Below, piece after piece: positions 1-12,300 of a DNA stretch of 64,000 nucleotides. Positions within the stretch are counted from its first letter, which is position 1. Every line of letters begins with the position of its first letter. A program made the translations under genes and the position numbers. The notes under the pieces are model-generated. The model was not told where the DNA came from and ran no database searches. It saw only the letters and a program-made list of their open reading frames with translations. This stretch comes from Phoronis australis (taxonomy: Eukaryota; Animalia; Phoronida): assembly GCA_002633005.1 (NCBI GenBank), contig NMRA01000007.1, positions 1,378,362-1,442,361 on the forward strand. Reading direction: 5' to 3'.

Positions 1-219
1 CTTGAAAAAGCATGCTAGACCCCTGCTTGGCTCTGTTTAGGAACTACAGAAGATGACGAAGGGATTGAACCTGTTACAAGATTGAGGAATGAATATTTTG
101 GAGGTCCTTGTTGGTTAATAAGTCAGTGATATAACGTTTTTAGTTTAACATCTAATTAGTGTAACTACGTCGACACACAGATGTCATGTTGTGCTCAAAT
201 TCTTGATCATGTTATACAG

Positions 220-370
220 GTGTCGAATGCTTGGAGAATCAAGTCGGGCGTACTCTTTGAAAGATGCTTTGCTCAGAGTGACACCCTTAATAAGGAGTCA
301 CAACCCTTACCCATCTGGTTCAGTATGATGCATCCTCTGGACGAGATTGCACCGGTAATTAGTAAATCGG
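220..370 (+). CDS. ANAPC1: ANAPC1 exon
   Basis: cag|VSNAWRIK...FSMMHPLDEIAPVISKSG|gtaagt. Confidence 0.93.
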
Positions 371-3300
371 GTAAGTTTATCTAGTGTACGAGCACATTGA
401 GAGGAGTACACACACTTTGAATTAGTATCAGACTGACGATACATGATCATCAATCTGATCACCTTAGATGGCATCATTCATAGAAAGCCTTGGTCTTTAG
501 ATAATTTATTTTAAATTTTTTTTCGTAGCACAGCCCTGAAAATCGCTTTCAGATAATATCCAGGTTTTCATTCGCTCCCTTGCATACATTCACTAGTAAG
601 ACCGAGCTCAGATGAGTAGGAGACACCTTTGTGCAATGCTTGATTGTCTGCCACTAAAGCCAGGATTTGAACCTGGGTCTTCCAAACGGGAGTCCGCAGC
701 TCCTACTACTGAGCCACACTGTCTCCTCATCTATCATTGCTCAGTGATAAGACATCATGAGTTGTTACGATTGATGATGAACATCAAATGGTAAATTATA
801 TCAACCGTTGGTATGAATGCCTCTTAATGATTTAAATTGCACCATACTGTTCTTGTGGGTTCATACAAATGATTGTCAGATGTGAACTCATAGAAAAATA
901 ATTTATGATAAATTGTGATCAACCAAAATTGCCATGTTAGATGTGTGCATGTCTTAGTTGGAAATTTTTGCTTATATTGCAAGTATATACTAGCTTTATT
1001 GTTTTGTGCTGCCTTGCGTCTGATTAATTGTTTACCAAGAGCTGTACTTACACAGAATATTACTGTAAATGGATTGTAGTAATAGTTATGATAATTATTA
1101 TAATATTCATGAATAACGGTGGCTCATTTTATATAGCTCTGATATTTCTTTCGATGCCAAGAAGAACAGATAATATACTGAACGTTACTTGTTGCTTTTA
1201 CCTTCATCACTATGAGTGATAGAAACACCAATTTACACATTATGGAATGAGCTAAAATTTGTTGTGCACCTTAAGACTCATTACGACTGTTTTCAGTTGA
1301 GATCCTTTATTTTACTAAAGTCTGGAACAAAACTTGCAGTGTTACTCTTCTGTTCAATGCCCTGACAGTGATTGGACAATCCTTAAGATAAGAATTTTGG
1401 GAAAAATAGGGTATTGTAAGTTGCGTCCATATCTTCATCAAAGATTCAGTCTCCAAAGTCGTAACTTGGACTCCAATTTGCGTTTTGTGTTTAATTCAAG
1501 TTCACGTTAAAGCGAACAATCTAATGTTGTGCTCAAAATGTAGACTACATCCACGTCAGTGAGAACGGTATTAGGTAAATAGTTGCAGAGTGTGAGTCTT
1601 TAGACTGAGTCTGGTATCCTGATTAACAGTATTTCTTGTTGGGTGCTGCTCTGTGTATGGGCACACGGTGAATGAATTTACTCGTCATGTGTGGTTTTGT
1701 ACTCTGTATGTACTGTCCATATTTCAGGTGCCTGTTGTTCTTTTTCTATTTGTATTGTCCACATTTCAGGTGCCTGTTGGTACTGTCCATATTTCTGGTG
1801 CTTCTTGTTCTTACTCTGTTTGTACTGTCCATATTTCGGATGCCTGTGGTTCTTATTCCATTTGTAATGTCTATATTTCAGGTGCCTGTGGTTCTTACAA
1901 GGTAGACTATGAACGCGACCACAGTCAACACATTGTTTACTGTAGCGACGAGCCATCCGTTGTCATGAGCTATGACTCTGTGTTGGGGACACACTCCCTG
2001 TGGAGACTAAGGAAAGCCAAGACGGAGGTATACACCATCACCGTGTAGAATAAAATTTAGCCGTTGTGGTGTTCTGGTTACTCTTTCAGGGTAGCTTGCC
2101 TTCCTGACTAGCAAATCACATGGACATTTTCGTTATCCACAATTTTCATTTTCAGCGTGAATGCAACTGCTATTCGTGTTGAAAAAAGTCTCTAAAAATG
2201 TCAAAACTTAGTTGATTGTATTCTGTACGTGCTGTTGTCTTCTCTTATTTATAGTTTGTCAATAGTTTTTATGTGCAAATTGATCTAAAACTTTTATATT
2301 TTGATGCCCGTCTTCCAAAATGTAAGTTTTGAATTGAAATCGCCACGATTTGTTCGTACATGCTACGCTTGGATTTTGTGTCATTCTTTCCCAACATGTT
2401 AAGACACTGAGCAGTGATAAAACCCATTCCAAAACTCTGTTTTGTTTTCAGGAAGGCTATTCAGTTTCTGGTTACCCCAGCGATGTGACCTCGGTGCCCC
2501 ATAGTCAGGCAGCCACTCCTCGGCCGGGACTTAGCCACTCCAACCAATCTCGCCTCACCCTGTCTAGCCAGTCACCCAGTCTCTCACCGTTCCACAGTCG
2601 CCACAACTCGCCCGCCGGCACATCCCGCTCATTTTCCAGTCCCTCCATCACTCACATGGCTACACTCAGGTGAAGCTCTTCGCTATTTGAAAATAATTGA
2701 TGACACTGTAAGACTTAACATTCACTAGGTGGTGCTTATGATCGCAACAGGATCTTCATTCGATACAGTTCTCACTCACCATGGAAAATCTGGAAAATGA
2801 CGTAAATTGTTTCCGTTGCATAGAAAACACTTGGAAAATTAAAAAGAGTAGAAACTTACAGACAAACTACATCAATTTTCATTTGGTAAAACCTTCACTT
2901 TTGGAGTTGTGCTGCGAGTTGATACATTGTTTCCATAAACTGATGACATCACTTTGTGAGTTTTGATATTTCCATTCAGTTACTCCTCGGTCACAATCAG
3001 TAGCAATAAAAAATGGAAATTGTATCATGGAGAACGAAAAGATGATGAAAACGCAGTCTTCGTGGGAACCATCTGTCTGAGAAGAGGGATAAAGCTGCTC
3101 ACCTGGGGTTATTTGTGGAAGGAGAGTCCATTGATGTATACTCTATGTTGCAAAATTATTATCTAGAAGAAGCGTTTTACATAGGAAATCTTCTTCACAT
3201 AAAATTGATTCAAGTATCACCCATCAACAAAAATGTGTGAACGTTAATTTGGCTTTTACCCACTGTTGAGTTATGTTCCCATTCTTTTTATTAACTCTTT

Positions 3301-6300
3301 ATTATGTAATTTATTTCCTGCACAGTCGTTCTCCAAGCATCAGTACTGAGCGGTTACATCGAATACACACGCCGTCCCCCAGTAAGGGACCTCATCTTGT
3401 ACACACTCCTGGATCCCACAGTCGAAATGTCTCGCTATTGAACGAGAGCATGGAATACATGGAGCCGCTGACGCCAGAGATCTGTCTGGAGTACCTCTGG
3501 ACTGAGAAGACGTGTGGTGCAAGGTAAGTCTGTGGTCTCGGGATAGCTGGAGTAGGAGTCTGTGATACAGAAATCGGTCTGGAGTACCTCTGCACAAAGA
3601 AGACATGTGGTGCTAGGTAAGTCCATAGTCTCGGGTAGTTCGAATAACAGTCTCTGATACCGGAGATCTGTCTGGAGCACCTCAGCACAGTGAAGACGTG
3701 CTAGGTAAGTCTATAGTCTCAGGTAGTTGGAGTAGGAGTCCGTGACAGCAGAGATCTGTCTGAAGTACCTCTGCACAGTGAAGACGTGTGGTGCTAGGTA
3801 AGTCTATAATCTCAGGTAGTTGGAGTAGGAGTCTCTCTAGAGTACCTCTGCATAGAGAAAAAGTTTGTGTCAGGTGAGACAGCAGCCACAGGTATTTGCT
3901 TGACATCTATGATGTCCTGATGCCAGGATCCTTTTGGTTTCCCCTGAATAGAGAAGACTTCTTGACCAAGTAAGTCAACACTGGTGTAGATTCTGTAGAC
4001 TATGCTCTGTGTTCTTAGTTGTGTATGTGTCCATGATAGGCAGATTAGATTGTACCTGAAACCGATTTTTCCATTGTTTCTCAGAGTCGCTGATAGGCTA
4101 TGGATGTTGTCGAAATCATGATTTTCTGTTTTATTTCACAACCACAAATCCAGTGTTATTTATTGTTAAAAATGAATGAATGTTTTTATTACATTCTGGG
4201 AATTGAACGCGAGGTTTCAGGTTACACTGATTGTTCTGTTTCCAGAGAAGGAGTGACTGGCAGAGCTACCAAGGCGTTTCTCACCACAGACATAACTGGT
4301 CAAAGGTTCCTTTGTTATCTTATCCCTAGTAAGCAACAACTCAGGTGAGTTCAAGTCGTTGAATCGCAGACAAACATATTAATTAACAAGCTATGACAAA
4401 GCACAAGCACATTTTACTTTAGTGTTGATTGGTGGTTTGTTTGCTCAAGAGATCCTAGATTAGTTTCTACATGTCAATGACAAGTGCACTTGTCATCCTG
4501 GTGTCTCTGACATATACACACTCGCCCGCGCATGCATTCTATGTATGACGTATAGTCATCTATGTATGACGTATAGTCATCTATGTATGACGTATAGTCA
4601 TCTAGGTATGACGTATAGTCATCTAGGTATGACGTATAGTCATCTATGTATGACGTATAGTCATCTATGTATGACGTATAGTCATCTAGGTATGACGTAT
4701 AGTCATCTATGTATGACGTATAGTCATCTATGTATGACGTATAGTCATCTAGGTATGACGTATAGTCATCTATGTATAACGTATAGTCATCTATGTATGA
4801 CGTATAGTCATCTATGTATGACGTATAGTCATCTATGTATAACGTGAAGTCAAATATAAACGGGTGTACATCATTCATGCTACATGTATTTCTTTTTTCC
4901 TGCATTATTGGACAAAAATGATATTTTTACAGTTATTTTATCTCGAACAACATTGGAATTGATGTCAGTATGTTTGTCATTTTTAACTGAATTAGGTAAT
5001 AATTTCTCCATTAAGCCTGGGGTGTGTACTGTGGACCCAAGAATCTAGCGGAAAGGCCAAGTCATGTAAGACCACAGAAAATCACACGAGTGAAAGGCGT
5101 GGGTTTTGCAAGTATGCGCGAGACCCTCCTAGCATACCCTTGCAAAATGGCGGGCACTGAAGTGATTGGTGGGTGAGGTTGGAATATTGCGTTATGGGAT
5201 AGACTGTCTTGGGCCTACACAACGCATCCCTGGTTTTCAGTCAGTCCATAAATGGATGTTTCTTTGAGTCTGGAAGCAAAGGGTTTAAGTTGCAGTTTAT
5301 GTATAATCATTGACATTGGCTTGATTCGTTGCCTTCAACTTTTTTCGCATCTAGGTGCTTGAAATTTACTGTAAGCAACGACCAATCGCAGCTCATCCTT
5401 GGAACTGTGTCAAATGTGTCGGCCAATGACGCTGTCCCGATACCTAGCCTCAACATGATGGTGATCCTGGAGCCAAACAACAATCTCATGTTGTACACAG
5501 GAACTACTGTGGTAAGAGACCTCGCGCTGTGTTGAAGGATTTGTAAAGTCAAGCAAAAACAGAAAGTCAATTCTTTGACCTACAGAATGTGGAAATGTTT
5601 AGTTAAGGTATATGCAGACCTTGTTGAAAAGTCTGTATTTGATAGCCAAATATCTATAAATATATTGATTTCAACTGGGTAAAAATGATTATTAGTAATT
5701 TCATTTTTGATTGAATAATCTTTCTTTAATTGGGTCACATGACTATATTTTTAGTGAAAAAGCATAAAAGAATGGTACAGTGATAAAAAACAAAGTTGTG
5801 AAAAACATGACCAATTTTTTTTAAATGTAAATGTTCCTGATGGAATCTCAAAAGCTCTGTTACAATTTTCTATATTACCATTTCGTTTTTGTTTTTGCAA
5901 CTTTTGATTTATTCATGGAAATCATAGAGGTCTTATTTTGATAACTCCTTATGCAAAAGTGGATCATTTTAAAAACAATGTTCCTCAGAGTGTTTTGCAG
6001 AACACAGCGTGAAGCATAGTATCTGAAAGTTTATATATGAATCCGATCATCCATTCCTCACATGATGTTAATTAGCCAAATTAGGAGATTTTTCTAGCGT
6101 CCTGCATAACATCAGCCCTACAGAATGTTGTTATCTTCCTTTCTAGAAAACTTATATAATTGTCCTTATGCTATTTTTCAATTTAAGAATTTCTACAATT
6201 TAACAATCAATCACTGGAATGAAGGTATTTCACCTCCCTTTTGTTCTAGTGTGATAAGTGAACTTCCATTTGTGGCAAAAGGTCTCTTTGCTCTTGACTG

Positions 6301-9300
6301 TGCTATTTTCGTCTGCTGATGAACATTGGTTCATTAAAAATTGAGCTAATAAAAGTGTTTTAATAAGTCATTGTCTGAATTCTTAAGAACAAACTTTGTT
6401 ACCCATAATACACTAATCTCAGAGGTAGGTACGGTAAAAACCCAAAAAATCTAGAATTGATGCCAGTCAAACATTTTCAAACACACAATCACACAATTTT
6501 CTTTCCTGTTCTTGTTTCTCAGGTCAACAAAGTTCACATCGCCGGCCTGCCAGTGTCGTCCCTCTCTGTGTCTGGTCTGGCCCTTCCTTCTGTATCCGTG
6601 ACTAACACCCCCAGACGCAGTAGTCTTATTACCTCCAGCCGACCAACCAGTGCCATGGAGGCCAAGTTTGGCGATGACGAGGTCAGTATTATGGGTCAAG
6701 GATGAATGCGTACCTGTCAGAGGACATGGCCAAGGTCATTTTACTCTAGGTTAAAATAATGAGGCCATGTTTTACTTGTGTTCAGTTGTGCTGCGAAAAA
6801 CAAATTTTGTTAAACATATGGCTCGTAAAAAAAGAAATCCGATTTAAAATTAGGTCGATAAAATATAGCCTCAAAGGTCAAAAACAAGAATGGAAATTAT
6901 GATACTTTCCAAAAAAATTGTTAGACCGACATTTACAAAATGTAGTCGGAGGATTTTTTTTGTGTTACAAAAATTGACACCAGGTTGACATGGATAAGTC
7001 CTTCGACAATTTTGCGCACCAGAAAGTATGATTTGTATTGTGAACTTTGCACCTAAAAATTGTGGCAATGTTGCAAAAACTTTTTTGACATTTGAACTTT
7101 GAACTGTCAAGCTCCCTGTAATCTGTATTTAAAGAAGAGCGTCATAATTGAAACATCCTGCTCTATCTTGCCAGAGCTATTGTGCTGTCTTACTGTCCAT
7201 GAGCATGTCATCCAAACATTTGGCTGTTTCACCATCTGTAGGTTGCTCAAAAATGACGTCCTGTGAACTATTACAAGAGTTTTTTAAGCAAGTTGTATTG
7301 CACCTGCTTTATGTCGTTGTTACTGGGCACCCTCGGCTTGTAAGTTGGACAGTGAAAAGCACCCTTGTGGACTGTTGACTCGGGAGAAGAAATTTTATCA
7401 ACTATTTGGTTTGCAGATGCGGTTGTTGTCACCAGTTCCGTCGGAAATGAACGAGAGCTCGCAACTATTACAGACGTCTGTCAGCGAAGAGTTCAATTTT
7501 CCACCTGTCGGTTTTGTAGCAGGATTGCGTGACGAAGTCAAGAATAAATTTACTGTGGTGAGTTTTATCCTCTTTGACTGAAGTTTCTGAATCTGATGGT
7601 GCCACATATGTGTTACTGTTTTACTGCTGAAGCTAGGATCATAAGATCAGCCATTACAAAATTGGTCGTACGTGTGATTTATTCTATAACTGCGTTTGCC
7701 TGTTGGATACTTTAAAGTAGATTTTATTCTAAAACTAATGTTCGATACTTTTTTTAAAGCAAATTGCTTTTCACTTTCACCAGTTATTGCCTTTACTTGT
7801 GTGTTGTTGAATAATTGGAGTCATAAAGTTTTTTCAAGAGTGCTTCAAGTATTTATGTGCTCAAAAATGAATAAGAAATTAATATGTGTTATCCGTATTC
7901 ACACAACCTTTTAATCTGCTTTGCAAGGAGATGACCAATGGTGCTATGACAAGAGTTGAACTGCCGGAGTTAGCGTCAACACAAGTCGGTAAGTGGGTGT
8001 ACCAAGAAGATAACTGATTATCACAAATGAACGTGAATCCAAGGATAGAGAAATTCATTTTGACAAATCAATCTCTGACGTAATATATTAATTACAATGT
8101 GCAAACGGAACCTTGGTTGGTGTGGATTAGGGCGTCATTATATTTCTTGGCAAACGGCCTCAGGGTAAGCAGTTGATAAAATCATACGTCTGCACTTCTG
8201 TAATTTGCAAGATAGGGTAAATGAATGAGCCCTGTGGTATATTAGAATGAAATAAAACAGCCAGACTTGTTAGACATCGGTCTTTTTCGGTATCATTGGA
8301 GAACAAAATGAATAAGAAGTACCCCCATGTTTATCATAGTGGCTGGAGATAAAAGTCAGAGAAAAGAAGTGGCAATGAAAAGAAGCAGAGGGGTTTTTGC
8401 ATGTAGTTGGTTGTGAATTCAAGATCTTTGTTTAGGCCCAGTTGAAAGTTAAGGCAGTAGGGTACCTCTTTGTTTTATTTTATTTTAGTATACCAGCCGA
8501 GGAGACTTGTATTTGGCTTTATTTTGAATGTACGATTGCGTTTCATCTTTGTAATGGCAAATTAATTTTAACTGTTCTCTGTCATACAAAAATACCAAGA
8601 ATTGTATTATTCGCAGTTTAGTGTGTTGTCTAGTGTAGCATGTAATTTAGTTGGTGCGCAGTGCCACCTAGTGTAATGTAGCTAATGGCTCTAGCATGAC
8701 TAACATCAAACTGCGTTACCATCGTACCTTCATTCACTTTCAGTCCAGGTATGTCTGCTCAGCCTCCGGCACCTTCTGCCCAGAGATGCCAGTCTCCAGC
8801 TGTTCATACACTGGTACACCGCTCGTAACCCACCAGGGGGTCTCAATGGCTTGCCCGAGCTCACCGTCTTCACTCGATGCCTGCTCAGCTTGGCCGGCTA
8901 CGACATAGGCAAACTACCTTTAACTAGACAGGTAATATAGAGATGCTGTTCTGTAAGACAACTTGTTCAATGTCACGTATGGTAGTTCTTCACTTATTTA
9001 GCTCAGAAAATTTTATTTTATCAAATTTTTCCACAAAAATAAAGATTAAAAATTTTTAGTTGATCTTTAGCGTACTTTGTAGGTGTCATAAAACAACATT
9101 TTTTGAAGTTTCCACTGTTTGTAGCAAAGTAATCAGCCTTTGCAAATGGAAAAATTTGATTTTTTGGTAATTAGTTTTGTGCAAAACAAATGGAGAATTG
9201 CTGTACATTCACGTACCGCTTGAAATTCATAGCATTTGATGGCATAATACTTCAGTGATAAACATGGCATTTTTGAAAGTTATGTGAGGGCTGTTCCAGC

Positions 9301-12300
9301 AAAATCTGTATGGGAGGGGGGAAGGCACTTTTATTTCGTACCCACCACCCATATTTTTCATTTATTTCTCCAACACATGACACATAATTTTTTAATTATT
9401 TTTGATAGGTTAAAATATAAAATCCAACACTTGCAAGAAAATTGCCTCCAGGAGGACCTGTTAAGAACTTAGATGATTGACAGACAAGAACTAGTTGTCT
9501 TGTTTAATATTGTCAAAAACTAAAGTAGCCTGTGAGCAATACTTGTGGCAGCCACCAGGTGTCTCTGTTCACCATGTGTCTATAATTTCAATGAACATTT
9601 TTTCAATTATAAGGATCTATGAATCTCAAACTGTCTACACGAACTCTTTTATACTTCTATGTCAAGTGAATATTGGAACTTGTTTATCTTACTCCTTGTA
9701 CTTTTTATTTAAAAATCATCAATTTTCTTATATGTGTTAGCACCAGTTTAGTGTTGCATAACTTTTCAATTCAATAGGAATGCAGACAAACAGTTGGCTC
9801 AAATCAAGTTGCCCATGACTTGATTAATGGCTTAGTGAACATATTGCACTCTGTTCACTGGCAACATGGGCTTTTTTGTATTGGGATAAGTTAGGATATG
9901 TGCCAATTGCATTTTTTGAGTTTTGAGGCCTGAAGTAACCAAACTGTCAACATTAACAGGTAAAAAAATACCACCCGTTTTTAATGCATCACTTTATTAC
10001 ACCCATAATTTGAATTTTTTTCTAAAGACCACCACCCATGAATTTTTATTTATGCTGCCGTCCCCCCACCTCCCACACGGATTTTACTGGAACAGCCCTG
10101 ATCTTTTCTGGTTATTCTCTCTTGTAGTTCATCAATTGTTTTTAAGAGTCTTTGCTTTTTTTGGATTATGGTTAATAGATGGTCAGTTTTTACAACCTCT
10201 TCATCCTAGACAATGTTCTTTTGTACCTGGCGTGTTTCAATAATGACAGAAAGTTTATCAAGAGTAATTGCTAACATTCTTGAAAGAAATTAGAGATTGC
10301 CGAGTTGTATCATTCTAGTGTAAGTGATCAGAAGTGATTTTAGCAATTGGTAAGCCATTGATTTCATTTATTTTTCTAACCTTTTTAATCACCGCTGTTA
10401 TTTGAAGCTTATAGGCCATATGCAACTGGTTCTGTGATAAGTTAGTAACTGGCCAAGAAAACGCTTCACAATTTGGGTGATACTTGTCACAGTGTAGACG
10501 CATACGTGTTGTAGACTGAGTTAGACAGCTCCTTATCACCTGTGGTTGTCACCAAGAAAGCCAAACCCCTTGACGAAGGCTCCACAGAAGACTGGCTCTA
10601 CCTACTTTCCTCCACTCACCATTGCCAGTCTAGCGAGCGTGAGTCACACTTACTAGGACTCAGCTCATCCCCTACGGTGGGGCGGGCAATGTGTGGGTGG
10701 GTCCCTCCTGTGGACACAAAGGCGATTCTGTTTAACCACTTACCGACTCTCCTGTTGGCTTTGCATTTAACGTATGAGGTAAATTGTGGGTTTGGTTTAT
10801 TTAAACTACTAAGAGACCAGCGTCAATTGAGTTTACAGTGTAAGGTTTAAGGTGAAAACCAGTGCTTTTCTGTCAAAAATAAACTTTTGATTTAGACAGT
10901 GATGAAATTGGCCTCTATTTTGTTACTTACCCATATACGGACATGTTACATGAAACTTTGTTTCTGGATGTTCAGTTTAATGTAGAAGTTTTGTGAAAAC
11001 AGACCTCGCTCTTAGGACTGCATTCTAGAATGTAACAAAATATAAAATGCATGTCTGTTTATCAAGTGTGGTCTAACCGACAGGAGTTAAAGTTGGACAC
11101 ACTGGCACACGACCAACTGAAGTCTCTGGCGCCCTTGTTACTTCAGTTGTCACGGGACTTGGGGTATTCGTCCTATATGGATTATTACTGTCGAGACTGG
11201 CCCTGTCTGTTCACTCAGGAGCTGGGACCATCTTCCATTTCACGAGGTNATGTCACGTATGGTAGTTCTTCACTTATTTAGCTTAGAAAATTTTATTTTA
11301 TCAAATTTTTCCACAAAAATAAAGATTAAAAAATTTTAGTTGATCTTTAGGGTACTTTGTAGGTGTCATAAAACAACATTTTTTAAAGTTTCCACTGTTT
11401 GTAGCAAAGTAATCAGCCTTTGCAAATGGAAAAATTTGATTTTTTGGTAATTTTGTGCAAAACAAATTGCTGTAAGTTCACGTATTACTTGAAATTCATA
11501 GCATTTGATGGCACAATACTTCAGTGGTAAACATGAAGGTTTTGAAAGTTATGTGATCTTTTCTGGTTATTCTCTCTCGTAGTTCATCAATTGTTTTTAA
11601 GAGTTTGCTTTTTTTGGATTATGGTTAATAGATGGTCAGTTTTTACGACATCCTCATCCTAGGCAATGTTCTTTTGTACGTGGCGTGTTTCAATAATGAC
11701 AGAAAGTTTATCAATAGTAATTGTTAACATTCTTAAAAGAAATTAAAGATTGCCGAGTTGTGTCATTCTAGTGTGAGTGATCAGAAGTGATTTTAGCGAT
11801 TGATAACCCATTGATTTCATTTGTTTTTCCAACTTTCTTTATTCACAGCTGTTATTTGAAGCTTATAGGCCATATGCAACTGGTTTTGTGATAAGTTAGT
11901 AACTGACCCAGAAAACGCTTCACAATTTGGGTGATACTTGTCACAGTGTAGACGCTTACGTGTTGTAGACTGAGTTAGACAGCTCCTTATCACCTGTGGT
12001 TGTCACCAAGAAAGCCAAACCCCTTGACGAAGGCTCCACAGAAGACTGGCTCTACCTACTTTCCTCCACTCACCATTGCCAGTCTAGCGAGCGTGAGTCA
12101 CACTTACTAGGACTCAGCTCATCCCCTACGGTGGCGCGGGCAATGTGTGGGTCGGTCCCTCCTGTGGACACAAAGGCGATTCTGTTTAACCACTTACCGA
12201 CTCTCCTGTTGGCTTTGCATTTAACGTATGAGGTAAATTGTGGGTTTGGTTTATTTAAACTACTAAGAGACCAGCGTCAGTTGAGTTTACAGTGTAAGGT

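Noticed and set aside
41-103. Possible exon after tttag at 36-40
   Set aside because: No frame resembles the expected upstream APC1 sequence (...LPFQ) and the donor is weak.
3340-3906. Several minus-strand ORFs with repeated peptides
   Set aside because: Antisense readings of the 93-bp donor array.
4474-4905. Repetitive ORFs (YIDDYTS)n and (MTYSHLC)n, or a CRISPR-like array
   Set aside because: Simple translation of a 21-bp head-to-tail minisatellite; no unique spacers, no cas genes, eukaryotic intron.
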